Assembly (NCBI GenBank): GCA_018818965.1
Contig: JAHJQX010000043.1
Coordinates: forward strand, 1-58,975
Direction: 5' to 3'
DNA: 58,975 bases
Source: Patescibacteria group bacterium
GTDB taxonomy: Bacteria > Patescibacteriota > JABMPQ01
Under the pieces are notes generated by a model that was not told the origin of the DNA, searched no databases, and worked only from the letters and a program-made list of their open reading frames with translations. Position numbers and translations under genes: made by a program. This document shows positions 38,922 to 48,047 of the stretch, piece after piece (the stretch's first letter is position 1; each line of letters begins with the position of its first letter).

Positions 38922-40354
38922 AATTTTTCTATTACCTCTCCCTCCGCATCTAGTTTTATCCTATCGCCGTCTTCCAACACCGAGGTAGCTGCTTGCACTC
39001 CCACTACGCAAGGAATTTTCAGTTCGCGGGCAACGATAGCGGCGTGACAAGTTAGTCCCCCTTCCTCCGTAACAATCCCACCAGCGATCTTCATAATCGG
39101 TAGATAATCTGGTCTGGTCATGGGGGCAACGATAATATCACCCGGCTGCACTTTAGAAAAATCTTTATTGGTTTTCACGACTTTCACTATCCCCTCTATT
39201 GTCCCTCTACTGGCACACATTCCTTTAAGTTCCGCTTGGATAATAGATTTATCTAGTAAATTATAGAGTGCTTGTGCTTCCTCGCCATAAAAACAAGACC
39301 ATTCTGTCTTTTTAGAACCATAGAGATAGACAATGCCAGCCTGTCTTTTCTTTAGCTCATCTTCGATGCCAGGTGGCAGTTTCCACCCTCTAATGTCCCA
39401 CAAATTGAGGAAATGAAGTAGTTCTATCCCAATATCATTAACCCGATTAAATTGCTTCAGAATCTGATAAAAATAGTGATTGGCAATGCAAATACTTTTT
39501 TTTCTAACATCGCGCCACTCGGCCATCTGGGAAAATAGATAAAAGATATTTTGCAGCTGGGGGCTAATTTTCTTATCAGCTACAATCGTTTTTTTCTCCT
39601 TTCGGCTATTATTTAAAGTCTTGGTGATTTTTTCTGACTCTTTAATTCGCTTATTTAGAGAGTGCTTATCATCCTCAATCAAATCCCGAAAATATTTTTC
39701 CGGTAATTCCCTGACATTATACCAATTATTTTTAATCCAGAAGTATTTTTGCTGGTGTTCTGCTAGCTGACCGCTAATATCCTTCCCAGCGGCAGATTCT
39801 TGAGCTATTCGGATTCGCTCGACAAATTCTTGCTGCTGCTCCGTCAAATTATCAGGACTAGTTAAAATGGCTATCTCTTCACTAGATAAACTTGCTCCGT
39901 CCTGCTTAATCAGCTCGGCCAATATCTTATCGCCCTCAGGATCAAATACTTCGATTATAAGAGAAACAACCCAGCAATCTAAAAATAGTTTAGTAATTTC
40001 TTCCAGATTATCGACTAGTTCTTGATCGTTCCACCTTGACAGCGGTCGCCGATACCTAGATTGAAGCAATTTTGTCATTTGGTCATTAAGGTGGTGCCAT
40101 TTTTTGATCCTCTTATTAATATATTCTCTTCCTGGGGTGGCTTTTTTTATTATCTCCTCAGCCTTTTTAGTTTCCTCGTCTTTATTGAAATAGGCAATAT
40201 TAACCCGACCTTTTTGGGTATTAACGCAATTGTTATACCCCAATAATATGTATATTGATTTATACGGCCGGAAAGTATAGAAAAAACTGAGTTCGCCACC
40301 CTGACGATACCAATTTTTCGTTTTAATATTTTTTACTAGTTTGGCGTACTTCAT
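38918..40354 (-). CDS. Phospho-His swivel domain protein, paralog 4
   Basis: VTEEGGLTCHAAIVARE. Confidence 0.9.
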   Translation of the reverse strand: MKYAKLVKNIKTKNWYRQGGELSFFYTFRPYKSIYILLGYNNCVNTQKGRVNIAYFNKDEETKKAEEIIKKATPGREYINKRIKKWHHLNDQMTKLLQSRYRRPLSRWNDQELVDNLEEITKLFLDCWVVSLIIEVFDPEGDKILAELIKQDGASLSSEEIAILTSPDNLTEQQQEFVERIRIAQESAAGKDISGQLAEHQQKYFWIKNNWYNVRELPEKYFRDLIEDDKHSLNKRIKESEKITKTLNNSRKEKKTIVADKKISPQLQNIFYLFSQMAEWRDVRKKSICIANHYFYQILKQFNRVNDIGIELLHFLNLWDIRGWKLPPGIEDELKKRQAGIVYLYGSKKTEWSCFYGEEAQALYNLLDKSIIQAELKGMCASRGTIEGIVKVVKTNKDFSKVQPGDIIVAPMTRPDYLPIMKIAGGIVTEEGGLTCHAAIVARELKIPCVVGVQAATSVLEDGDRIKLDAEGEVIEKL

Positions 40355-41805
40355 TTTAATTCTCTAACTATCCCGTGATTAGCTCGTACTTCTATTTTCA
40401 TCCCGTCCCGGAATATTTTAGTTGCCTTTTTAGTACCAATTACTGTCGGAATATTTAGTTCACGTGCCACGATCGCCGCGTGACAAGTAATTCCGCCCTC
40501 ATCAGTCACAATCCCCGCTGCTTTTCTCAGAGCCGGCATAAATTCCGGCCTCGTCATCGAAGCAACAATAATGTCACCTGGTCTTACTTTAGCCAGCGAG
40601 GACAGTCCTCGGCAAATTACGGCTCGTCCAATCGCCGTGCCAGTCATGGCCACCGAGCCGTGAAGCTCTCGCTCGATCACCGACATCTCTTTCTCTAATT
40701 CCGTTCTGTATTTTGATATTTTTAAGTACTCCTGCCCGGTCAAAACATGTTCTTTCTCTGTCTGCATTAAGAAAAACACGCCCGGTGATCTTTTTCTTAA
40801 CTCAGTTTGCCAAGCTTTCAGATCCGAAAATGAATTGAGATTAATTATATCCCTAACCCCCAGATAATATAAATACTTCTTGGCGATCTTGGTGCGGCGG
40901 CTGATTTCATCCACAATCCGCTTGAGATAACCAATTGCTTGCAAAATATTGGCTTTACGCTCATCTTGCCAACTAGTAGTAAAATCAATTAGCTCAATAT
41001 TAGCGACAGCAGCTGAATCTAGTTGAAGTTGGTCAATCAGAACCGCCTTTTTCTTTTTTGTCGCCACCTCAGATATCTGTTTTTTATTTGTGATAGACCG
41101 GAGACGACGAGTAAAGTATTTAGCTGATAATTCTCTTACTTTGGCATAGCTATTTGATAGCCAGAAATATTTGGCGGCGTGTTCGGCTAATTTTTTTGCC
41201 TGCTCCGATGAACTCCGCTTGGCTATTTTTATCAACTCAGCTTCTTCTCGAGCTAAGAAAGATGGCTCAGAGGGCGCCGTAAGAACGGTAAAATATTCAT
41301 TAAAATCTTTCGGGGAATCGGCGGCTGATTGTAATTGCTTTTTAAAATCCTTCTCTAGCCCCATTCCAACTGATTCGATAACATGAGCGCTACCAGCAGA
41401 TTTTATGGTTATTTCGGCACATTCCTTAAATATTTTAACTAATTCGTCGTCCGTTAATTCCTTTAGCTGATTACTTTTAATTTGCTGGAATAATTGATTG
41501 TAGTTAGCAAATTTATGAGAGTATTGTTTTTTGACCTGATTCAGATAATTAGGATCATCAACCAGCTTTCTCTTCACTATCTGCCAAATACACTCCAGGT
41601 CTTTTTCCAAATAACCAACTTCACAATACCCCTGGTGGTAATCTAAAAAATATTTATTGTATTGGTAACCTAAATCTTTTCCCATCACTAAGCCACTGTA
41701 AGCTGCGGAATTAAGAAAAATCGGCAGGCCATTAAAACCTTGGATATACCACTTTTCCCGAAGTGCCTGTTGGCAAATTTTGTAGGCTGAGAAATTCTGA
41801 CTCAT
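40351..41805 (-). CDS. Phospho-His swivel domain protein, paralog 3
   Basis: VTDEGGITCHAAIVARE. Confidence 0.9.
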   Translation of the reverse strand: MSQNFSAYKICQQALREKWYIQGFNGLPIFLNSAAYSGLVMGKDLGYQYNKYFLDYHQGYCEVGYLEKDLECIWQIVKRKLVDDPNYLNQVKKQYSHKFANYNQLFQQIKSNQLKELTDDELVKIFKECAEITIKSAGSAHVIESVGMGLEKDFKKQLQSAADSPKDFNEYFTVLTAPSEPSFLAREEAELIKIAKRSSSEQAKKLAEHAAKYFWLSNSYAKVRELSAKYFTRRLRSITNKKQISEVATKKKKAVLIDQLQLDSAAVANIELIDFTTSWQDERKANILQAIGYLKRIVDEISRRTKIAKKYLYYLGVRDIINLNSFSDLKAWQTELRKRSPGVFFLMQTEKEHVLTGQEYLKISKYRTELEKEMSVIERELHGSVAMTGTAIGRAVICRGLSSLAKVRPGDIIVASMTRPEFMPALRKAAGIVTDEGGITCHAAIVARELNIPTVIGTKKATKIFRDGMKIEVRANHGIVRELK

Positions 41806-43214
41806 AATTTTTTTATCACTCCTTTAGCCGCATCCACTTCCACCTGATCACCACTTTCAAAAACTTGGGTAGCAATTTTTGTTCCGACCACACAGGGAAT
41901 CCCAAGTTCTCGGCTGACAATTGCCGCATGACAGGTTAATCCACCTTCATTGGTCACGATCGCGGCTGCTTTTTGAATTGCCGGCATGAAATCGGGGGTA
42001 GTATTGCTGACCAGTAATATTTCTCCCTGTTTTATTTTACTATTATCGCGGGCGCTTTTCAGATAGCAGATAACACCCTTAATTTTCCCGCTGGAAGTCG
42101 GGGTACCTTTGACTACTTTAACATTTTCCCCCACTTCTTGATCCTGATCGATATCTTCTCTGATGCGCTTAGCTTCACGATTCGACAAATATTCATTTTT
42201 TCCGTTATACATTTTAATAACCGAATTTTCTTTGCGCTTAGCGACAACACTAGCATCAATCTTCCCTTTCTCTAGAGCATCTTTCACCTCCCACCAGAAA
42301 AACCAGCCCAAATCCGCGAAGCTAACACCAAGACGACTGGCCATTTCCTCACGCATGGGAATAGCCGCGTAATTATATTTGGTAAATACTTCTTTTTTTC
42401 GATCCATCAGGTAAAAAAGATCTTCAAAAATGCGTAAATAGTAGGTATAGGGGGTAGATAATTTGTATTTTTTACTAATAGCTGTTTTTTGTTTAGCTAG
42501 CTCTCGATCATCAATCAATTCTGGCGGCTCCTTGGTTAATTTATGGGCGCGCTGAACAAAATATTCCCTATCGACAATTACGCTGGCATAGTCATACAAT
42601 AACCACTGATATTTCTGCCAGTGTTGATCTATTTTCTGGTCAAATTCCGGCTGAGATAAATTTTGTTGAGTAATTTGCCGTAATGCCTCTTCTTCCCGAC
42701 TAAGAAATGACTGATAAAGAGGTGTTAATAAAGTCTCATATCTAGTAGTTGGCAACTTAATCTCTTTGAGTAGATATTCTGCCAATACTTCTTCCAGCTT
42801 CTCTTTGAGATAATAGGCTAGGGGCTCTCCATAGGGAACGGCACGATAGTAGAGGTAATTATACTGCTCCCCGATTTTAATAAGCTCGGCCTGACTGTAA
42901 CTTTGCCAGTCCATTACTTTCATCTGCTCGATAAAATTTAAAATAGCCGCAATTCGCTGGTCAAAAATCTTTTTGGCGTCACTGATGTAGTTTTTATCAG
43001 CCGCTATTTTAGTAAAAAGATAATCGGTGATCTTTTGCCGAACACTCTCCAAGCAATAAATGCGTACCCAGGCGTCCTGGTAAATAAAATAGGCTGGCCC
43101 GCCATTGTAACCGACTGTCTCATCGATACAGCTCGTCCAAGCACCAGCCACTCCTTCAATCATCAGTGGCGGATAATCCCCTCGTTCGTGCATGAAATAA
43201 TATTTGTGGGACAT
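41802..43214 (-). CDS. Phospho-His swivel domain protein, paralog 2
   Basis: VTNEGGLTCHAAIVSRE. Confidence 0.9.
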   Translation of the reverse strand: MSHKYYFMHERGDYPPLMIEGVAGAWTSCIDETVGYNGGPAYFIYQDAWVRIYCLESVRQKITDYLFTKIAADKNYISDAKKIFDQRIAAILNFIEQMKVMDWQSYSQAELIKIGEQYNYLYYRAVPYGEPLAYYLKEKLEEVLAEYLLKEIKLPTTRYETLLTPLYQSFLSREEEALRQITQQNLSQPEFDQKIDQHWQKYQWLLYDYASVIVDREYFVQRAHKLTKEPPELIDDRELAKQKTAISKKYKLSTPYTYYLRIFEDLFYLMDRKKEVFTKYNYAAIPMREEMASRLGVSFADLGWFFWWEVKDALEKGKIDASVVAKRKENSVIKMYNGKNEYLSNREAKRIREDIDQDQEVGENVKVVKGTPTSSGKIKGVICYLKSARDNSKIKQGEILLVSNTTPDFMPAIQKAAAIVTNEGGLTCHAAIVSRELGIPCVVGTKIATQVFESGDQVEVDAAKGVIKKL

Positions 43215-43216
43215 AG

Positions 43217-44701
43217 TTAAGCTTTTTTTATTATTTTGACCATCCCTCGATCCCCATCCACCTCTACTTCATTGCCATCTTTTAAAATGCTGGTAGCCCC
43301 TTTAGTGCCCACAATGCATGGTATCCCCAACTCCCGCGCCACAATGGCGGCGTGACAGGTAATCCCGCCTTCATCAGTCACAATCGCCCCCGCTTTCCGA
43401 ATCAGCGGCATATAATCCGGACGAGTCATGCCAGCTACTAGGATATCACCCTGGTTCATTTTACTCTCTTGGCGTGAGCTTAGTAGAACTTTTACCTCTC
43501 CTCTAACTTTTCCAGGAGAAGCTGCTAAACCTGATAATTCTTTAATATCCCGATCTAGATCGGCCGGGAACAGTTCAGCAATCACTTTCTTGCTCTCCAG
43601 ACCCGCCAACAATTCATAATTGCCATTCTTTTGGATGTATAAACAACCCTTCCTTCTTTTCTTTATTTTATCTAAGTCGATGCCCTGAGTGAATACTTCT
43701 CTTATTTCAATTGGAAACATCCACTTTAAATGCTTTTTCTTAATATTTAGCCGACGAAAAAACTCATCCAGAAAAATCGAACAAATTTCCACTGAGCGCG
43801 AGCACATTTCTTTGCGTTCATCTTGCCAAAAAGTTAGGTGGGTCATTAGTTTTAACTGATTTTGGATAACGAGCGGAACTTTTAACTCTTTTATTATGCG
43901 CGCCTTTCGGGCTGTTAAATTAGCTACCAGTTTCCGAAAATGATCTCCACTGCCACTTTTGCCTAGATATTTTAGCTCTTTATCTATATACTCCTGATCT
44001 ACTGGCTCATAAAAACCATAGCTAGCTCGAATCCAAGAATATTTCTGCTGAATCTTTTTTATTAATTGAAGCTTTTTCGGCGACTCGGCTGCTTTTTTTA
44101 ATTCAGCAGCAAAACGATTGAGGAAGGTTGGTTCAGCTGGCAAAGTGAGAAGACCATAATATTTGCTAAATAGGTCTGTCTTCCCTTGTAGCGCCAGAAA
44201 CCTCCGAAACCCTTCTTCTGTCACCTTCCTTTTACTAACCACAAAGGCTTCGATAAAAAACGCTGAGCCTAAGTTAGCAATGAAATGTTCAATAAACTGA
44301 TCATAAAGCTCCAGAAGCTTTTCATCAGATAAACTGATTAGGTTGGTGGTTTTTATATCATAGAATAGTTTTTCCGATTCTGCCTTGGCCTTCTTCCATT
44401 CTTGATAGATACCATCAAGGTAATCCAGGTTTTTTTGGGTTTTGACTATTACTTTTTTGACAATAGCTGCCAACTCATAATCCGGATGACAGTAATGCAT
44501 TTGGCCACGTTCAAAATACGCTAACACCAACGTCATTTCGGGGAAATGGCGTCGTAAACTATGGCCGGTCATTGCGGCTGAGGCGGTGAACACATAATTT
44601 GGACAACCATCAAGTATTTCGCGAGACCAGTCCCACTGCTGATATTTTTTCAGCCGGGCAGACGATAATTTTTCTAGTTCTATTATTTCCATAAATGCCA
44701 T
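43217..44701 (-). CDS. Phospho-His swivel domain protein, paralog 1
   Basis: VTDEGGITCHAAIVARE; start ATG 44701 or 44692, downstream of a TATAAT. Confidence 0.9.
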   Translation of the reverse strand: MAFMEIIELEKLSSARLKKYQQWDWSREILDGCPNYVFTASAAMTGHSLRRHFPEMTLVLAYFERGQMHYCHPDYELAAIVKKVIVKTQKNLDYLDGIYQEWKKAKAESEKLFYDIKTTNLISLSDEKLLELYDQFIEHFIANLGSAFFIEAFVVSKRKVTEEGFRRFLALQGKTDLFSKYYGLLTLPAEPTFLNRFAAELKKAAESPKKLQLIKKIQQKYSWIRASYGFYEPVDQEYIDKELKYLGKSGSGDHFRKLVANLTARKARIIKELKVPLVIQNQLKLMTHLTFWQDERKEMCSRSVEICSIFLDEFFRRLNIKKKHLKWMFPIEIREVFTQGIDLDKIKKRRKGCLYIQKNGNYELLAGLESKKVIAELFPADLDRDIKELSGLAASPGKVRGEVKVLLSSRQESKMNQGDILVAGMTRPDYMPLIRKAGAIVTDEGGITCHAAIVARELGIPCIVGTKGATSILKDGNEVEVDGDRGMVKIIKKA

Positions 44702-44728
44702 GTTTAAAACACTGCCCTTTTCATAACT

Positions 44729-44734
44729 ATTATA
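44729..44734 (-). promoter_or_regulatory. Perfect -10 (TATAAT) upstream of the swivel-domain array
   Basis: ATTATA on + strand about 30 nt before the first start; no clear -35. Confidence 0.4.
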
Positions 44735-44813
44735 CTTAAATAAACATAACAAGATTGGGGATAATGGCAAATAAAAAAGACAAGGTTGATTTAGCGAAAA
44801 TTAATGTAAAATA

Positions 44814-45893
44814 TTAATACCTTAAAAACGCCCCCACATTGCCCAAATCTTCCAATTCTTTGCTACCTTTTACAAACTCCACTCTCGCTCCCTGGGCGAT
44901 GGCTGCTTGCATCATTTCATCGATCAGGTCAGCCACCTCTTCCAATTCGTCCTGACAACCACATTCGTCCGCTTCTAAGCCCAGCAAACCACAACTAGGA
45001 CAATTGTAGCCGGATTGAGTAAAACCATCTGCTAGCACTAATTTCATTACTTTTTTATCATTGACAGCCTGTAAAGTATCGCGAACACCCGATACTGCTT
45101 TATTACCTACCCCTAGATTATCTCCCAACTCTTTTACTAGTTCAGCCTCTTTCTCCCGCTCGACTTTTTCCGCTACCTTAAGTGATTCTTGCAAAAAGTG
45201 CTCCGTTGGCTGAAACAATTCTGTCGCGAAGTCTCCTGCTAACCGGGATTGTAAATCGGGATGTAAAGCTTTTTTAAAATCTGGCAAGATCTCCTTACTG
45301 CCAGCGATGATTAAACGATCAAAACTATCTTGCTTAAATAAACCATAGGTCTTGGTAGCTATTTCTTTTAAATGCCGCTGAACGTGATCCTCAATATGAC
45401 CTTGAAATCTCTTTTGCGACCAACCGCCTTGGGCATGCTGGCCGGGAAACTCGTTAAAAATGTCAGTGATGTCCTCAATCTCGCTCAAGAAGACCGTGAA
45501 TATTTGGGCTTTCTCCTTATCAAGAACGACCGTGCAATATCTCTCGTACTCATCGAGAAGTTCTTCCAGCTGAGTAAGGTGTAAGTTAGCCTCCTGATAA
45601 ACTCCCTGGCGCACGGGGACACGAAACTGATATTGCCGCCACGGTTCACCGGCCGGATCGATGAAGAAAGCGAGGCCTTTAATTTCCTGGTTAAGCTCTT
45701 GATCCAGATAATCGAGAACTTTTTGCTGTAAATTAGTTGGTAACGTATCGGCTACTTTTTTCAATAAATCCTTGGCGCTAGTTAAAATCTTTTCTTTGTT
45801 TTGTAATTCCTGATCAGTGTTGAGGTAAAGACTAATTAGCGGGTTGGAGCTTTTGATAGCGTTGAGTTCTTTGATGTCGGCGGAAGTGAGCAT
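44814..45893 (-). CDS. Bacterial aRF1/eRF1-like (Vms1/baeRF) release-factor superfamily protein
   Basis: ISLYL, QGGWSQKRFQ catalytic loop, RLIIAG, CPSCG Zn ribbon, GNVGAFLRY C-terminus. Confidence 0.85.
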   Translation of the reverse strand: MLTSADIKELNAIKSSNPLISLYLNTDQELQNKEKILTSAKDLLKKVADTLPTNLQQKVLDYLDQELNQEIKGLAFFIDPAGEPWRQYQFRVPVRQGVYQEANLHLTQLEELLDEYERYCTVVLDKEKAQIFTVFLSEIEDITDIFNEFPGQHAQGGWSQKRFQGHIEDHVQRHLKEIATKTYGLFKQDSFDRLIIAGSKEILPDFKKALHPDLQSRLAGDFATELFQPTEHFLQESLKVAEKVEREKEAELVKELGDNLGVGNKAVSGVRDTLQAVNDKKVMKLVLADGFTQSGYNCPSCGLLGLEADECGCQDELEEVADLIDEMMQAAIAQGARVEFVKGSKELEDLGNVGAFLRY

Positions 45894-45904
45894 GAGTTTG
45901 ATTA

Positions 45905-45961
45905 TTATTTACGAAGTGAGCGAGCTCCCGATCTGATCGGGATGGGCGAGTAAGTAAACAA
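45905..45961. repeat. Hairpin repeat family B
   Basis: TTATTTACGAAGTGAGCGAGC-TCCCGATCTGATCGGGA-...GAGTAAGTAAACAA. Confidence 0.65.
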
Positions 45962-46025
45962 ACAGTGGAGCTATTTATTTTTCTTTATTCTAGCAGGTTT
46001 GCGGTCAAAATTCAATTGTCTCAGT

Positions 46026-46054
46026 TTGACAAATCAAATTAAATGTAGTAAATT
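46026..46054 (+). promoter_or_regulatory. sigma70-type promoter
   Basis: TTGACA-17 nt-TAAATT. Confidence 0.55.
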
Positions 46055-46246
46055 GGTTTAATATTTTAATATGCTGACCAGGATAGATTAATAACTTTAA
46101 TCTATCTAGGCGAGTATATGCGCTCGCACCTTCATAACTTTGCAGTACTTAGACGTGATAGTGGGATAGGCTGTGGAAACCATTCGGATCAAAATGATCC
46201 CAGACTAGAGGAAATAAAAAAATTGACAAACGAAAGGGAATGTCCG

Positions 46247-47557
46247 ATGACCGATAGCAAAGAACGAAAGATTCTGTATCCGCCGTTTGCGGCGCACGTG
46301 GAGGTCATGCGACCTTCACCTCTGCGTCACTTTCGGCAGATAGCTAACCGCAGGACAATGGAGGGAGGCGATCTTGACATCGCCTTCCACGCAGAAATTG
46401 GCAATAACCGACTCCGCACTAGCCTCAACACGGAGCTTCTCCAGGCTTTCGGCTCTCTCTCTCCAGACGACCTCTGCTACTCCGAGAGTGATGGGCTGCC
46501 AGCGCTGAAAGAGGCCTGGATTCCCAACTTCTGCCCCGGGGCCAGGCCCGAAGAGCTCTTCATCGATGAGGGCATCACCGGGCTGCTCAAGCGGATTGCC
46601 CGCACCTATGCCGGGTGTGGCTGTCTGGCCTTCGGACCGACCTATCCCAACATGATCGGGATCTGTCGGGATATGGGCATGAACCTCTACAACTGGGCTC
46701 GCTTGCCCCAAAACGACTGGGCTTACCCCGAAAAACCCGAGTTGGCGAAGCTCATTGATGGTTACCAGGTCGGCCTCCTTTATCTGCAGCCTCACTCCAA
46801 CCCCGACGGGCTGGTGATGTCGGAGAATGTCTGGGATATGATGATGGAACTGGCTCTGGAGCACAGGCTCATTGTCATTTCTGACGAGCCCTATCCCCAC
46901 ACCAACTATGGGGGGCTACCGACCCGATCCGTCACCTACTACGATGACCCCAGCACCCGCAAGAGGTGGATCCATCTCTCCGGCATGTCGAAGGTGCTCG
47001 AGTGCGGACTCCGCCTAGGAGCAGCTTATGTTCCCAACCGTATTCTTCAAGATAAACTGGCGATGGGACTGCAACGGGATCTTTCCGGCCCCACACCCTG
47101 TGCTGTGGCGGCCGCTTCAGTCTTGGCCAACAGTGAACGTTTCGGGCAACATCTGACGGAGCTGAGAGATAAGGCCAGACATCACCGCGATATTCTACTG
47201 GAATCGCTGGCTGCTCTAGACCCGGAGTGCTTCACTGTTCACACCCCCCAGTCATCGTACTACGTCCCGGTCACGATTGAGGGGAACGGCAACGGGGCAA
47301 GCTTCGCCGAATTCTGCGCCAAGCACGGCAAGTTCCAGGACTCGCGGGGTCGTAAGGCAACGGTGGTGATCTCACCAATCCGCCCTTGCTACGATGGCGT
47401 GGAACACACTCCTTGCCGGATGACTGCTCAAACCGTTCACCAGTCGGTTGGGCACAGTGAGTTCCGCCTCACTTTCTGCTACCTGGATGTGGATGACTTG
47501 AAGGAGATAGGTCCCGGATTACAGGAGATCTACGGACAGTACGTCAAGACCCTCTAA
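46247..47557 (+). CDS. PLP-dependent aminotransferase class I/II
   Basis: Y...DG...L, NPDG, SDEPY, GMSKV (PLP Lys), GLRLG, FRL; start ATG 46247 after AAGGGA. Confidence 0.88.
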   Translation: MTDSKERKILYPPFAAHVEVMRPSPLRHFRQIANRRTMEGGDLDIAFHAEIGNNRLRTSLNTELLQAFGSLSPDDLCYSESDGLPALKEAWIPNFCPGARPEELFIDEGITGLLKRIARTYAGCGCLAFGPTYPNMIGICRDMGMNLYNWARLPQNDWAYPEKPELAKLIDGYQVGLLYLQPHSNPDGLVMSENVWDMMMELALEHRLIVISDEPYPHTNYGGLPTRSVTYYDDPSTRKRWIHLSGMSKVLECGLRLGAAYVPNRILQDKLAMGLQRDLSGPTPCAVAAASVLANSERFGQHLTELRDKARHHRDILLESLAALDPECFTVHTPQSSYYVPVTIEGNGNGASFAEFCAKHGKFQDSRGRKATVVISPIRPCYDGVEHTPCRMTAQTVHQSVGHSEFRLTFCYLDVDDLKEIGPGLQEIYGQYVKTL

Positions 47558-47587
47558 ACCAGCACCTTCGCCAGATTTCATCCCCCT

Positions 47588-47617
47588 AGCCGGGCTCTGA
47601 AAAACTGGCTTTTTTTT
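47588..47617 (+). terminator. Intrinsic terminator
   Basis: AGCCGG...CTGGCT stem followed by a T run. Confidence 0.6.
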
Positions 47618-47687
47618 ATTTACGCAGCGAATGAATACCAAACAAAAACTTGTTTTTATTTTTCCGAATGGACAAACAAGAAGCGAA
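47616..47687. repeat. Hairpin repeat family B
   Basis: TTATTTACGCAGCGAATGA...CAAACAAGAAGCGAAGCTTCTT. Confidence 0.65.
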
Positions 47688-47736
47688 GCTTCTTATTGGA
47701 AAAATACCACGCTTACGCTACAATGACTTGGAATCC

Positions 47737-47800
47737 GCGGGATTAGTACAGTGGTAGTACACCTGTCACCTTACAGGTGATCAGCCGTAGGCTGACTTCC
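47737..47800 (+). pseudogene. tRNA-Gly(TCC)-like 5' half interrupted by a palindromic insert
   Basis: GCGGGAT-TA-GTAC-AGTGGTA-GTAC D-arm, then a hairpin insert, then CTTCC; no matching ATCCCGC 3' strand nearby. Confidence 0.6.
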
Positions 47801-47815
47801 CTCAATCCTTTTTTT

Positions 47816-47887
47816 GCGGCAGTAGTTCAGTGGTAGAACGTCTGCTTCCCAAGCAGAAGATCGCCGGTTCGATCCCGGTCTGCCGCT
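47816..47887 (+). tRNA. tRNA-Gly(CCC)
   Basis: Complete cloverleaf: GCGGCAG/CTGCCGC, TCTGC-TTCCCAA-GCAGA, GGTTCGATCCC. Confidence 0.95.
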
Positions 47888-47974
47888 CACGCCACCTTAG
47901 CTCCCCGCCCTGCAAGTTTTCAGGGCAAACAAGTATGCGGGGCAGGCAGTTGACATCCGCCCACCATTGCCTGA

Positions 47975-48047
47975 GCCCATGTAGCTCAACTGGTAGAGCG
48001 ACGCACTCGTAACGCGTAGGTTGCCGGTTCAAGACCGACCATGGGCT
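47975..48047 (+). tRNA. tRNA-Thr(CGT), with two stem mismatches
   Basis: GCCCATG/CATGGGC; anticodon loop CTCGTAA; one A-C mismatch in the anticodon stem and one in the T stem. Confidence 0.85.

Noticed and set aside
33301-44701. Calling the eight paralogs PEP synthase/PPDK (ppsA) or PTS enzyme I
   Set aside because: Only the swivel domain is present; the ATP-grasp and PEP-binding barrel are missing and the proteins are too short.
30658-47557. One biosynthetic cluster comprising M20 hydrolase, carbamoyltransferase, swivel array and aminotransferase
   Set aside because: The M20 and aminotransferase genes are on the opposite strand, have different composition and carry their own promoters and terminators; adjacency alone is insufficient.
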